Shown one piece after another: positions 10,693-24,671 of a stretch of 64,000 nucleotides of DNA. The DNA lies in assembly GCA_964016885.1 (NCBI GenBank), contig OZ024742.1:16058001-16122000 (forward strand), read 5' to 3'. The notes under the pieces were generated by a model. That model was not told the DNA's origin, made no database searches, and saw nothing but the letters and a program-made list of their open reading frames with translations. Positions within the stretch are counted from its first letter, which is position 1. The number at the start of each line of letters is the position of its first letter. Position numbers and translations under genes: made by a program. The stretch is from Eledone cirrhosa (Eukaryota).

Positions 10693-12709
10693 TTCCCTTG
10701 CTTTTATCGAGAATCTAATTGTAATACGTGACGTATTCTATTCTATAGCGATTAGGTCTTCAAAATGTTTATTATAAACATACAGAATATTTTCGAATAT
10801 TCTATGTCTATATTCACATATATATCGCTATTTCAGAGCATTTATTCCAATTTCTAATTTCTGCCGGACCGGCAACCGCTCTTTCAAACCAGTTCCTGTA
10901 CACAGCTAAGTATTCTATAAGTCTCTAGCTGTGTCATTCTCGATAAAAGCACTGGATATGTAGTCCTGATGATTTCTAACGAGAATGAAACGCGTAGATT
11001 ACTTCCCTTGCTTTTATCGAGAATCTAATTGTAATACGTGACGTATTCTATTCTATAGCGATTAGGTCTTCAAAATGTTTATTATAAACATACAGAATAT
11101 TTTCGAATATTCTATGTCTATATTCACATATATATCGCTATTTCAGAGCATTTATTCCAATTTCTAATTTCTGCCGGACCGGCAACCGCTCTTTCAAACC
11201 AGTTCCTGTACACAGCTAAGTATTCTATAAGTCTCTAGCTGTGTCATTCTCGATAAAAGCACTGGATATGTAGTCCTGATGATTTCTAACGAGAATGAAA
11301 CGCGTAGATTACTTCCCTTGCTTTTATCGAGAATCCAATTGTAATACGTGACGTATTCTATTCTATAGCGATTAGGTCTTCAAAATGTTTATTATAAACA
11401 TACAGAATATTTTCGAATATTCTATGTCTATATTCACATATATATCGCTATTTCAGAGCATTTATTCCAATTTCTAATTTCTGCCGGACCGGCAACCGCT
11501 CTTTCAAACCAGTTCCTGTACACAGCTAAGTATTCTATAAGTCTCTAGCTGTGTCATTCTCGATAAAAGCACTGGATATGTAGTCCTGATGATTTCTAAC
11601 GAGAATGAAACGCGTAGATTACTTCCCTTGCTTTTATCGAGAATCTAATTGTAATACGTGACGTATTCTATTCTATAGCGATTAGGTCTTCAAAATGTTT
11701 ATTATAAACATACAGAATATTTTCGAATATTCTATGTCTATATTCACATATATATCGCTATTTCAGAGCATTTATTCCAATTTCTAATTTCTGCCGGACC
11801 GGCAACCGCTCTTTCAAACCAGTTCCTGTACACAGCTAAGTATTCTATAAGTCTCTAGCTGTGTCATTCTCGATAAAAGCACTGGATATGTAGTCCTGAT
11901 GATTTCTAACGAGAATGAAACGCGTAGATTACTTCCCTTGCTTTTATCGAGAATCTAATTGTAATACGTGACGTATTCTATTCTATAGCGATTAGGTCTT
12001 CAAAATGTTTATTATAAACATACAGAATATTTTCGAATATTCTATGTCTATATTCACATATATATCGCTATTTCAGAGCATTTATTCCAATTTCTAATTT
12101 CTGCCGGACCGGCAACCGCTCTTTCAAACCAGTTCCTGTACACAGCTAAGTATTCTATAAGTCTCTAGCTGTGTCATTCTCGATAAAAGCACTGGATATG
12201 TAGTCCTGATGATTTCTAACGAGAATGAAACGCGTAGATTACTTCCCTTGCTTTTATCGAGAATCTAATTGTAATACGTGACGTATTCTATTCTATAGCG
12301 ATTAGGTCTTCAAAATGTTTATTATAAACATACAGAATATTTTCGAATATTCTATGTCTATATTCACATATATATCGCTATTTCAGAGCATTTATTCCAA
12401 TTTCTAATTTCTGCCGGACCGGCAACCGCTCTTTCAAACCAGTTCCTGTACACAGCTAAGTATTCTATAAGTCTCTAGCTGTGTCATTCTCGATAAAAGC
12501 ACTGGATATGTAGTCCTGATGATTTCTAACGAGAATGAAACGCGTAGATTACTTCCCTTGCTTTTATCGAGAATCTAATTGTAATACGTGACGTATTCTA
12601 TTCTATAGCGATTAGGTCTTCAAAATGTTTATTATAAACATACAGAATATTTTCGAATATTCTATGTCTATATTCACATATATATCGCTATTTCAGAGCA
12701 TTTATTCCA

Positions 12710-12751
<42 letters not shown>

Positions 12752-12756
<5 letters not shown>

Positions 12757-13073
12757 GATATTAAATAAATGGAAACTATATTTATAAAACCATATTTATT
12801 TTATTATATATAATTCAAGGGTACCACGACACATTGGTACGCTTTCATCAGAGAAAATACAAAGTTTGTTTTATGAATAGAGACATACTCATGAAAATCA
12901 TACCTTATCGGTTGGATATTCATATGATTTTCATGAGTATGTCTCTATTTATAAAACAAACTTTGTGTTTTATCTGATGAAAGCGTACCAATGTGTCGTG
13001 GTACCCTTGAATTATATATAATAAAATAAATATGGTTTTATAAATATAGTTTCCATTTATTTAATATCATTAT
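12752..13073. mobile_element. Fold-back insert of the 6688-7141 family; hammerhead core mutated (GAAT)
   Basis: Arms 12752-12902 and 12922-13073; CTGATGA at 12974-80 followed by aagcgtacca..tggtaccctt-GAAT-tatatata-ataaaat. Confidence 0.8.
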
Positions 13074-13086
13074 ATATATATATATA

Positions 13087-15250
<2,164 letters not shown>

Positions 15251-15572
15251 GTTTCATTGAAACAACAGAAGGCCGGACTGGTGATATTCCTTTAAAGTAT
15301 TAGTGTTGCAAAATCACTATTATATATTTCAATGGCCTGGTTACGTAATATATTGGTGACATCATCATATTACATAATTAGGTAATAAATATAGGAATTA
15401 TGGCATACACAAACAGAAAAAATATTTGATTCGAGGACGGCCTGCCATCTATGCGTTATTGTTGTCGCAGACTTTCCCCGAATAATCCAGTAAACTGTTG
15501 AGTGCTATAAATCAGTTATAAACATTTATATTTGTCGGACTTCCAACAAATTAAATACCCCTTCTACTTATA

Positions 15573-16420
15573 TATCTATAAGACTTATATGCCCTTCCAA
15601 ATCTGACATTGGCATCATTAGTAAAAAAAAATTAGATAGAGTCATCCCACAATTAAGAAAACCTGTTAATTTACCACTCTGGGAAAACACATCCCAGGTA
15701 ACTAACTGGTTTACTAATATTAGAAATAAATCATCTGCTTCATTTCTACAATTCGATATAGATGCTTATTATCCCTCTATATCACCCATACTCCTGAACA
15801 AAGCCTTGATATTTGCCAAAAATAGATCAAACTTAACTATGGATCACATTAATATTATCACGCACGCTAGACAAACACTACTGGAATTTCAGAAGGAATA
15901 CTGGACCAGAAATACATATAGTAATCTATTCGACATTACTATGGGCTCTAGTGAATCTGCCCAAATTACCGATCTTGTGGGCATCTTTCTTCTATTTAAC
16001 ATAACTGCTTCTTTTCCCCACCTTAAAGGTGGTTTATATCGTGATGACTGTCTTCTTCTTTCCACTAACCTTAGCCTATCAGAAATTGAAAAAAAACAAA
16101 AAAACTTATTAGAACTTGCCTCAAAGACCATTATAGTCTCACTATTACATTTGAAAACACCAGTAAAGTAGTTAATTTCCTTGATATAACTTTAGACTTA
16201 TCTACGGGTATCTACAAGCCTTACAATAAACCTAACCAAAACTTACATTACATACACTCACAATCCAATCACCCTAAATCTATCCTTAAAAACCTAGCAT
16301 ATAATATCTCACTCAGAATTTCTAACCTTTCATCTAACCAGGATGTATTCGATAAAAATGCGACCTTTTATAACGAAGCTTTAGCTAGAAGCGGCCACAA
16401 AAACAAATTAGTACCTAGTA
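15573..16420 (+). pseudogene. PLE reverse transcriptase, disrupted
   Basis: ORF 15806-16171 plus flanking frames; frameshifts near the A-run at ~15625 and at ~16100-16170. Confidence 0.85.
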
Positions 16421-16937
16421 CCAATAATACTACAAACATACAACCCAGTATTACCAACAAACACCAAATGAAAAACACACACCTAAATGCCACTCACACT
16501 ATACCCATAAATACCAACTTAAAACTTAATTTATCTACCTCTTCTCACATAAAATATAATAACTTTCAAAACACCATTCATCCTTATACTCCAATATACG
16601 TTAATAACATTACTAACAAAATCCTAATAATCAGTCTAAAACATCTAAATCAGTGAATCTAACTAAACATATGTATAATAAATTCCCTAATACTAACTCT
16701 CTTAGTAAACATCAGGATACATCGTATAAAAATTAAAAAAACAGCATCGAAACCGTAATAGACGAGTTACTTGATATAATGCTCCATTTAATCTACAAAT
16801 TAAAGATAATATCCCTAAACATTTTTTTACTATCCTAGAGAAAAACTTCCTGCGAAACCATAAATACCATCAAATTTTAAATAGATCAACGGTCAAATTC
16901 TCCTACTCCACTACCAAAAATATACAACAAAATATAA

Positions 16938-17534
16938 GTGCCTACAATGCATATAAATGTAAAAAAAACCATGAATATACCACCAACACATCAAACTAAC
17001 CATAATACTAAAATAAACCACAGCAAACCACCGTCTCCTTCACATACAACAAGTCGAATAAATTCCACACCTAATTTGACTAACTCCCCTGATATAATAT
17101 TCACGAAAGGTTGTAACTGTAGAAACAAAGCAAATTGCCCATTAAAAGGAAATTGCCTTATTAATAACATAGTATATAAATGTAAAATTAACACTAAGGA
17201 CTCAACTTATTCATATATAGGAGCTACTTCTAACCAATTTAAAGTAAGATTTAATACCCACAAACACAGTTTTAAAAATGCCACATTAGCTAATACAACA
17301 TTCCTGGCTGAAATAATTAATAATTATAGAAAAAAGAATATCGATTATAACCTGACCTGGAGTGTGCTCAAAAGGGCCACCCCTTATCAAAATAACAGAT
17401 ATGAGTGTAGATTATGTTCCCAGGAACTTTTTGAAATAATGAAATCTAAGGATATCCTATTAAATAAGCGACAAGAATTAATTATATCGTGCAATCATAG
17501 AATTAGAACTTTCAAATATTATAAACCTAATTAA
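16938..17534 (+). CDS. PLE GIY-YIG endonuclease domain (open segment of disrupted ORF)
   Basis: GCNCRNKANCPLKGNCLINNIVYKC...YSYIGATSNQFKVRFNTHKHSF...CRLCSQE...LLNKRQELIISCNH. Confidence 0.85.
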   Translation: MPTMHINVKKTMNIPPTHQTNHNTKINHSKPPSPSHTTSRINSTPNLTNSPDIIFTKGCNCRNKANCPLKGNCLINNIVYKCKINTKDSTYSYIGATSNQFKVRFNTHKHSFKNATLANTTFLAEIINNYRKKNIDYNLTWSVLKRATPYQNNRYECRLCSQELFEIMKSKDILLNKRQELIISCNHRIRTFKYYKPN

Positions 17535-18250
17535 TATACACTTATATTTTACAAATTATTATAATTATTTTTTTTAAATTTAGTTAACCTATAACTAGTA
17601 TTTTACTACTTCATAATTTTATTTCCCTTTTACAGCTCTCTTTTCCTAAAATTAATACCTATAAGTATACATATAAACTATTTTAATTTCCTGTTATGAA
17701 TCTAAATTCCTTGTAGTCTATTTAAGTTTGTTATTTCTCACTAATACATTTATCCCGCAAAAAGAAAAAAAAATGTTTTCTTCGTTTTTAACAACATTCT
17801 TTAATAACATCTAACTCTTATTTATCACATCTATATGAATTAATATAAATTTATCCCTATAAGTATACCTATCAATTACATTAATTTAATTTCTTTTTAT
17901 AGATCTAAATTCCTTGTTTTAAATAAGATTGGTATTTCTCACTAACACATTTATCCTAAAATTTTATTCTCCTTCGATTTTAACATTAGCATTATTCCTT
18001 AATAACATCAAATTATTTTCGTGTACCTTTCACCGGCTTGACCTCTTTTCATCCCCAAAGTAATCTTTTCATTCAAAATATTCTTTCCATTCAAAACTGA
18101 AGTCTGCATTCCTCTACCCCTAAATTAAATTTCTACTACTACTATTCTATCAACTTGACCACTTACTACTTTTCTATTGGTCAATTCAAAACCTGTTCCC
18201 AAACAGACCTATTATATTAAACTTTGTTGTTTTTTTTCAATAAACAAATA

Positions 18251-18434
18251 TCATTATTTCTGCGGGTAATTGCTGGCCTTGTGCCTAAAGTAGAAACAAT
18301 TATTTCTGAAGACAGCATATATATATGTGTAGGTATGTATATTCCCTCTGATAGTTTGTAAAAGTTTTACATAGATCTATATGATATACATACCAACACA
18401 CACATATATCCTAGAAACGATCGTAAAATGATGA
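18251..18434 (+). ncRNA. Type I hammerhead motif with ~100-nt stem II, at the PLE 3' end
   Basis: CTGAAGA 18306-12, GAAA 18414-17, palindromic stem III ACGATCGT, GUA triplet; downstream aaatgatga pairs with tcattattt (18251-59). Confidence 0.65.
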
Positions 18435-18595
18435 ATTTTTTAATATAAGGAACTGTTTCTTTGTTTTTATTCATTGTTTTTATTAATTTATATATATATA
18501 TATATACTATATATATTTACTATATATATATATATAGGGCCTATGCCTCCGTTAATTTATCGTGATATATATATATATATATATATATATTTACA

Positions 18596-18704
<109 letters not shown>

Positions 18705-19400
18705 ATGGTTACAAACACACAGAGGATATTTATAAATATATAGAGGATGACTTTGATCGATTATATAATATCCAATAATTGACTGGTCTTATTTTATTAA
18801 CGTTTGAGGGATAAAAGGTAATTTCAGCTCCTGCAAGAAGGAAAGTTAGAATTTAATAGAGAAAGATATAAATTCCGGCATTATTTATATCACCTCACCT
18901 TATTTACATTAGTCAAATTAAATGCTTACAGATAGGAATTGAATCCAAGTGTAGTTGTGTATCATTGGAAGTATGCTGCACTTACCCCGTTTGAGTTAAT
19001 AGGTGAAACGAAGTCAGTTGTATGAGGTGAAGAGATAATTGGTTAAAGCTTGATTTTAGTTTACTGACCAAACATATTTCAGGTTTGCTTCTGGATACAC
19101 TCAAGTGTAAGAGATTAAAAGAAAATAAAACTGTCACTAGTAATAGGACGAATTAAAATAGAAGATATACAGCTGGAGAAAAGAGATACAGATATGCATT
19201 TGATACAGTGGAAATATAAAGATAAAGAGAGGGGGTGTCACACATATATCTTTCTTTCCTTCTTTCTTTCTTTCTTCTTCCCTTCTCCCCCCTCCCTTTG
19301 TATATATATATATTGGTATGTATCTATAGATAGATATTGGTTGAAAAAAAGAGCAAAAGACAAATCGAGGGAGAGAGAGGGAGAAAGGAAGGGAGAGAAG

Positions 19401-19410
<10 letters not shown>

Positions 19411-19492
<82 letters not shown>

Positions 19493-19500
19493 TGTGTGTG
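19411..19500. repeat. (GA)n(GT)n microsatellite
   Basis: Directly visible. Confidence 0.95.
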
Positions 19501-20370
19501 TATATATAACAGGTCAAGGAACAACGTTGAAACACCTTTGTTGTCCGTGTGTGGGTCTAGTGGACTGCTTCGCTGTTATGAGCTCAGAAAGTAGTTCAGA
19601 TCACTACTTTCTCCATTTAAAGGAGATATTGCTTTACATTCTACAATGGTGACAAACTAAGTACCAGTAAATTACGAGGGTTGATGTAATCGGTTAACTC
19701 CTTTAAAATTGTTCATAAATCACTGTTATCATTAGAAATCAAGGATGACGTGGTAGTATGTATCATGCTTTCGTTTAAATACATATTTAATCGCGGGAAG
19801 ACTCTCTCTAGGGCCAGATTTAATGGGAGGCAACTGAGGCAATTGCCCTAGGCCTCTTGTAGTGTGTGTGTGTGTGTGTGTGGCGGGGGGCTCCAGTGAC
19901 GGCCGTAGCAATTTATTTGTGCCCTCAGCTGGGCTTTTTAGTTTTAGGGTAGTTAGAATTTTTGAATTTAATCCCTGTATGTATAACTTTTTAATTCCAA
20001 TTACTTACACCAAGCTAACTTTGATATGTAAAATTAGGGGGTTTGCTGTGTAATTCTATTGTTTTGTGTATGAGCCCCGCCGAAGTGTCCCCCCCCCCCC
20101 CAACATCTAAATCCAACCCTCTCCCCTTTTATATAACGAAACATTTGGAATATGATGGCTAGAAAGAGAGAAAGCTGCCCCAGCATGGGGTGGAACTATT
20201 TTTATCGACCTCGAAAGAATGAAAGACAAAGTGGAACTTGGTGAGATTTGAACCCAGAAAGCCGGGACAAATGTAGTAACGCAACACATTTTATCTGCCC
20301 CTCTATCGACTCTGCTAGTCATCAACCATCTTAAAATTTTGTATATCTATCTACCTACCTAACTAATCTA

Positions 20371-23300
20371 CCCCTCCCTTCCAACGCGGAAGATGACCCT
20401 CGTTCGTCATCAGACGGGGAGGAGCACTTCCACACAATCAAAAGAAAAAAAAGAAAACACACCTCAGACACACAAATGAAAACAACCCCTCCCCAAAACA
20501 TAACACAGACACTAACACAAAAGAGCACACAACAGCAGCAAACAAAAAACACCACACAAAAACAAAAACATGCATACACATACATAAACACAAGAAATAA
20601 AAACTGCTAAACATTGTATACAACAACAATTTATTAAAAACCCAAGGGCCTAAATTCACTCAGGCAGGGGTTTTCCCCCACCTCGAAATGATTAAGGCCC
20701 CAGAGGACACTTATAAACACTTACAAAATACTAAAAAACAACTTTAAAGAGGACGTGCCCCCCCCCTCTTGCGTCGGGTCCATTAACCGCGTCCTCCTAA
20801 AAAACTTTCCCACCCCTCCCCAAACACCCAGACAACTCCAAACACCCCAACCACACAACACACTGATGCCCCTACACTTCCACAAACCACCACCCCATCC
20901 AGCAACCCATCCCCCACCCTCATGGAAATTGTGCAGCCCGATACCCGGGACGCAGAGAGGTAAGTGCCTTTTCTCTTCACCACCAACATGGCTATGCTAA
21001 GAGTAGGCTGTCTAAATGCGCGTGGCCTGGGCTCAACTTGGAAGCAAGCAATGCTTCTAAATAACTTCAGGTCACAACGTATAGATGTGATGGTTATTTG
21101 CGAGGCCCGGATCAGCAACGTGCGGCAGCTGGCCCCACCTTTGATGACTTTGAGATGCACGCATCTCTCTGTCAGCCCGGACGTGGGGGTGGGGTTGTCG
21201 TTCTGCTGAAAAAACATCTGGGTCTCGCAACACAGACGGTACATTTGGACCCGGAGGGTTGACTCGTGGTTCCTGACCTTGGCAGTGGTGAAGGCGGAGC
21301 GTTTAGGCTGGTAGCCGTCTACGGCCCTTTCGGGTCAACGCGGCCGGACTTCTTCCATCGTCTGGAGACTTTTCTAGGGACGTCCCGCTCCTTGCTATTA
21401 GTGGGGGACTGGAATGGTATCCTAGCTGCACGTTGGGACTACGTAGGGGCCTGTCCCGATAGAGAGGGGTGTAACAGCCTCAAAGGGTTAATCGGTCGAT
21501 TTGACCTGGCCGATAGATATCGACTAGATTTTCCGACTGCGCCAACCTGGACTTGGGCAAACCGTAGCAGATCATCTAGGTCGTACCTAGATAGGTTCTT
21601 AGTTAGAAATAAGGATAAGGACTTTTTAAATTGTCCAAAAATGCTCATGGTTGGCTATTCAGACCACAAGTTAGTGACCTGCATGGTCAATCTTGACAGA
21701 ACGCATTCACAGGGACCGGTTACTGGAAGCTCAACTTGTCCTTATCGGCAAGTAAGGCTTATAGGGACCGGATTAGCACTTTAGTTAAGGAGCGTTTGAC
21801 GGGCGCCATCGTCAACAGCAGGTGGTGGGGATCTCTCAAAAGAGAGGTTAGAGTTGTCTCTATAGGATTTAGTAAGGAGTTAGCCTCAAATAGAAATAGG
21901 AAGGAAAGGGAATTGGTAGATAGTGTAGAAGAGGCAATTAGAAGCGGCGACGTGGCCAGAGTGCTAGCGTCGAAAACGGCCCTGGGCCAGTTCTTCTGCG
22001 CGAAACACGAAGGCTGCATCGTCCGAAGCAAACTACGTGCTCTGGGAAACGAGGGGACCAAAGCTGTTAGCTGGGCCCGCGTGAGAGAAGCCAAAAGAGG
22101 GAGTAGATCCACTATCCGGTCTTTGCGAGACCAGGATGGACGGGTGATCCTTGAACCTAAGCAGATGTGCGAGGCTTTTCAAAAGCATTTTGCCAGATTG
22201 TTCGGAAGGAGCGGGGAACCGGTTGGGGAAGTGGGCTTCGGTCCATACCTCGACGGCCTGCCGCGTCTCTCGGACAGGGAGGAAAAGTCCTGCGAGGAGC
22301 CGATTTCAGCCGCTGAGATAGAGGACGTGCTGAGCCAATGCGGTAAACGCAAATCCCCGGGTCTCGATGGTCTTCCATACGAACTATATCTAGCTATGCC
22401 GGACTTGTTCCCCGATCTCCTCGAAGCGGTCTACTGCAACTGGCAACAGAACGGGAGAATTCCCTGTGCTGTGACCAAGGGTGTAGTCACGCTAGTGAGG
22501 AAGGACGAGAACAAGGGGGACGATATAAATAATTTCAGGCCCATATCTGCTAAATACAGAGTTACAAATTTTGGCCAAGGTGCTAGCAAAGAGGTTGTCG
22601 CTTGTCGTGGGCAACCTGGTGGGAGATGCGCAGACATGTGCAATCCCGTCCAGGTCCATCCACGACAACCTCCACCTCATGCGATACATCATAGAGAGGG
22701 CTGGAAACGAACCCGGCTTTGGTGGAGCTCTGATCAACTTGGATCAATCTAAGGCGTTCGATAGGGTCGACCATGGTTACTTTGATGCGGTGCTAGCGGC
22801 GGCAGGCTTCGGACCCGGTTTCAGGGGCTGGATCAATGCCATGCACAGCAGCCGCATCTGCTCTAGGGTCAAGGTGAACGGCTACCTCTCGGAGCCGTTC
22901 GAAATCGCGCGGTCCATCCGACAAGAGTGCCCTCTCTCCTCCCTTCTGTATGTAATGACTCAAGAGCCACTGCTGCGGAAGTTGGAGTTGTTGCAGGGCA
23001 TTCCGTTAGAACCGGGATTGCGGAAAGCGGTGTCGGCCTACGCCGATCACGTAACAGTAATGGTGTCGACGTGATCGGAAATCGGGTCGATCAGCACCTT
23101 ACTGGAGAAGTACGAAAGGTTTACAGGGGCTAAGCTGAACCGGGACAAGTCGATCGGTCTGCAACTCGGCACGTGGAGAGGCAGATCGATGCCCTCCGAT
23201 GGCGTCGTCGGGCGCTGGACGGAGAGCCCGGTGAAGTTGCTCGAGGTCTGGTTCGGACCAGACCTCCAGGTGGAGAAGAACTGGGGTGAGGTAACGAACA

Positions 23301-24657
23301 GGGTGTTTGCACTGTCCCAGAAGTGGGCCGAGTGCAAACTGTCCCTGAAAGGTCGGGCGGATGGCGAACACTTATATAGCGTCCGTCATCTACTACCGCC
23401 TGACCGTTGTGCCTTGCACAAGGGAAACTTCGCCAAAATGGAGCGCGCACTCTTCTAATTCCTTTGGAAGAAGCGGGGTCCTATGGTGAGGAGATCCATC
23501 TGCTGTCAACACCCTTCGAAAGGAGGGCAGGGGATGCCGTGGCTAATGATACGTAAACACGCATTAAGGCTACGGCACCTCCAGGTATTCCTCACGGGTC
23601 AACCTGTGTGGGCCTCGTTTGTGAGGCGAGCCTTTCCCAGACTCGTCTCGCTCACCTTGCTGCAATCCTGGGTCAAACAAAGACCGAGAAAACTGGGCGC
23701 CTTCCACACCGAGTGTGCCCAGGCGCTCACGGCTCTCTGGCAGGCGGACCCGGCTGTCAGTGGAGAGGGCTGGTGGTTAGCAGGTGCGACGCCGCCCTCG
23801 GAGAAGCCCTAGGCATGGAGGTGACGAATTGGCCAACCTGTTCGGTAGGACATTCAGACCGGGACCCATGGATAACTTCCAGAGGTCCCTGGCCCGGAAG
23901 TGCTATCGAGGGGCTCTGCCCGTTCGAGAAAGGCTCTACAGACACGGGCGCCCGGGTAGGGACCCCTCGAAAAAGATCTGTCCCAGATGCGTGCGCGACG
24001 AGGAAACCGTTGCACACGCATTGGTACACTGCTCGGGCATTGCCGATCTGTGGGGCTATGTCGAACAACTGCTGTCAAGGGTGGGACCGATCCGGTTGAC
24101 CACCAAGTCTATTGTAACGATCAAGCCGCCTCCCCTCTTCAAAAACGAAGAAGAGGCGGTGTTTCTGTGCGTAATAGCCATGGCGAAAGAGGTTGTATGG
24201 TGGACGCGTCTGAAAAGACTGAGGTCAGACACCTTTCTCTCTGGCCAACAACTGGTCCGTTTCTTCCGATATCATTTCGGAAGAAGGATCAGGATGGAGA
24301 GAGGGGTGCCGTTTTTATGAAAGATGAGTGAAAGTGGCGAGAATGGCCCGTGTAAATGGGCCTTCACTCTACATCAGACTATAGGTGAGGAAGATGAAAG
24401 ATCAAGGGAGCACCCCCTCTCTGTGCTCCCGAGGAGAAGGGTTGCACTCTTTTTTCGGGGGTGGGGGGGTGCGACTCCCCCAAGGCGCCTCCTGCCTATT
24501 GAGGATTTTGTTATTAAATTTATTTTTGTTATATTTTATATTTTATTTTTTATATCTTGTTATTGCCTCCTCCTTAGTGAGGACACCTTTTTATGTAAAC
24601 TCCCCCATTGTACTTGTCCCACTTTTTGATGCCCTGGTGGCAAATAAAAAAGAAAGT
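20371..24657 (+). mobile_element. Tx1-type (L1 clade) non-LTR retrotransposon copy 1, truncated in ORF1
   Basis: ORF2 from ATG 20987: APE (GCLNARGL, VGDWNG, SYLDRF, SDHKLV), RT (KSPGLDG, NLDQSKAFDRVDH, RQECPLS), CCHC (CPRC..ETVAHALVHC); AATAAA then tatctatatatcta; several frameshifts. Confidence 0.92.
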
Positions 24658-24671
24658 TATCTATATATCTA

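Larger units (their letters stand above)
8690..12713. repeat. 310-bp hammerhead-containing tandem array 1 (retrozyme-like), polarity inversion at 10367/10368
   Basis: tagaatattc (or a single-base variant) recurs at 8701, 9011, 9321, 9631, 9941, 10251 (period 310). From 10368 the reverse complement repeats (cgcgtagatt at 10371, 10681 ... 12541). About 5.4 + 7.6 monomers; (TA)n on both flanks. Confidence 0.97.
15573..18470 (+). mobile_element. 5'-truncated, frameshifted Penelope-like retroelement (RT + GIY-YIG + 3' hammerhead region)
   Basis: RT motifs IRLICPSKSDIG, LQFDIDAYYPSI, FDITMGSSESAQITDLVG, GLYRDD, NFLDITL, YIHSQSNHP; C-terminal endonuclease; AT-rich 3' region with hammerhead; ends in (TA)n. 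Confidence 0.9.

Noticed and set aside
19810-19860. agggccagatttaatgggagggcaactgaggcaattgccctaggcc, resembling a DNA-transposon (MITE) terminus
   Set aside because: No matching opposite terminus or target duplication found.
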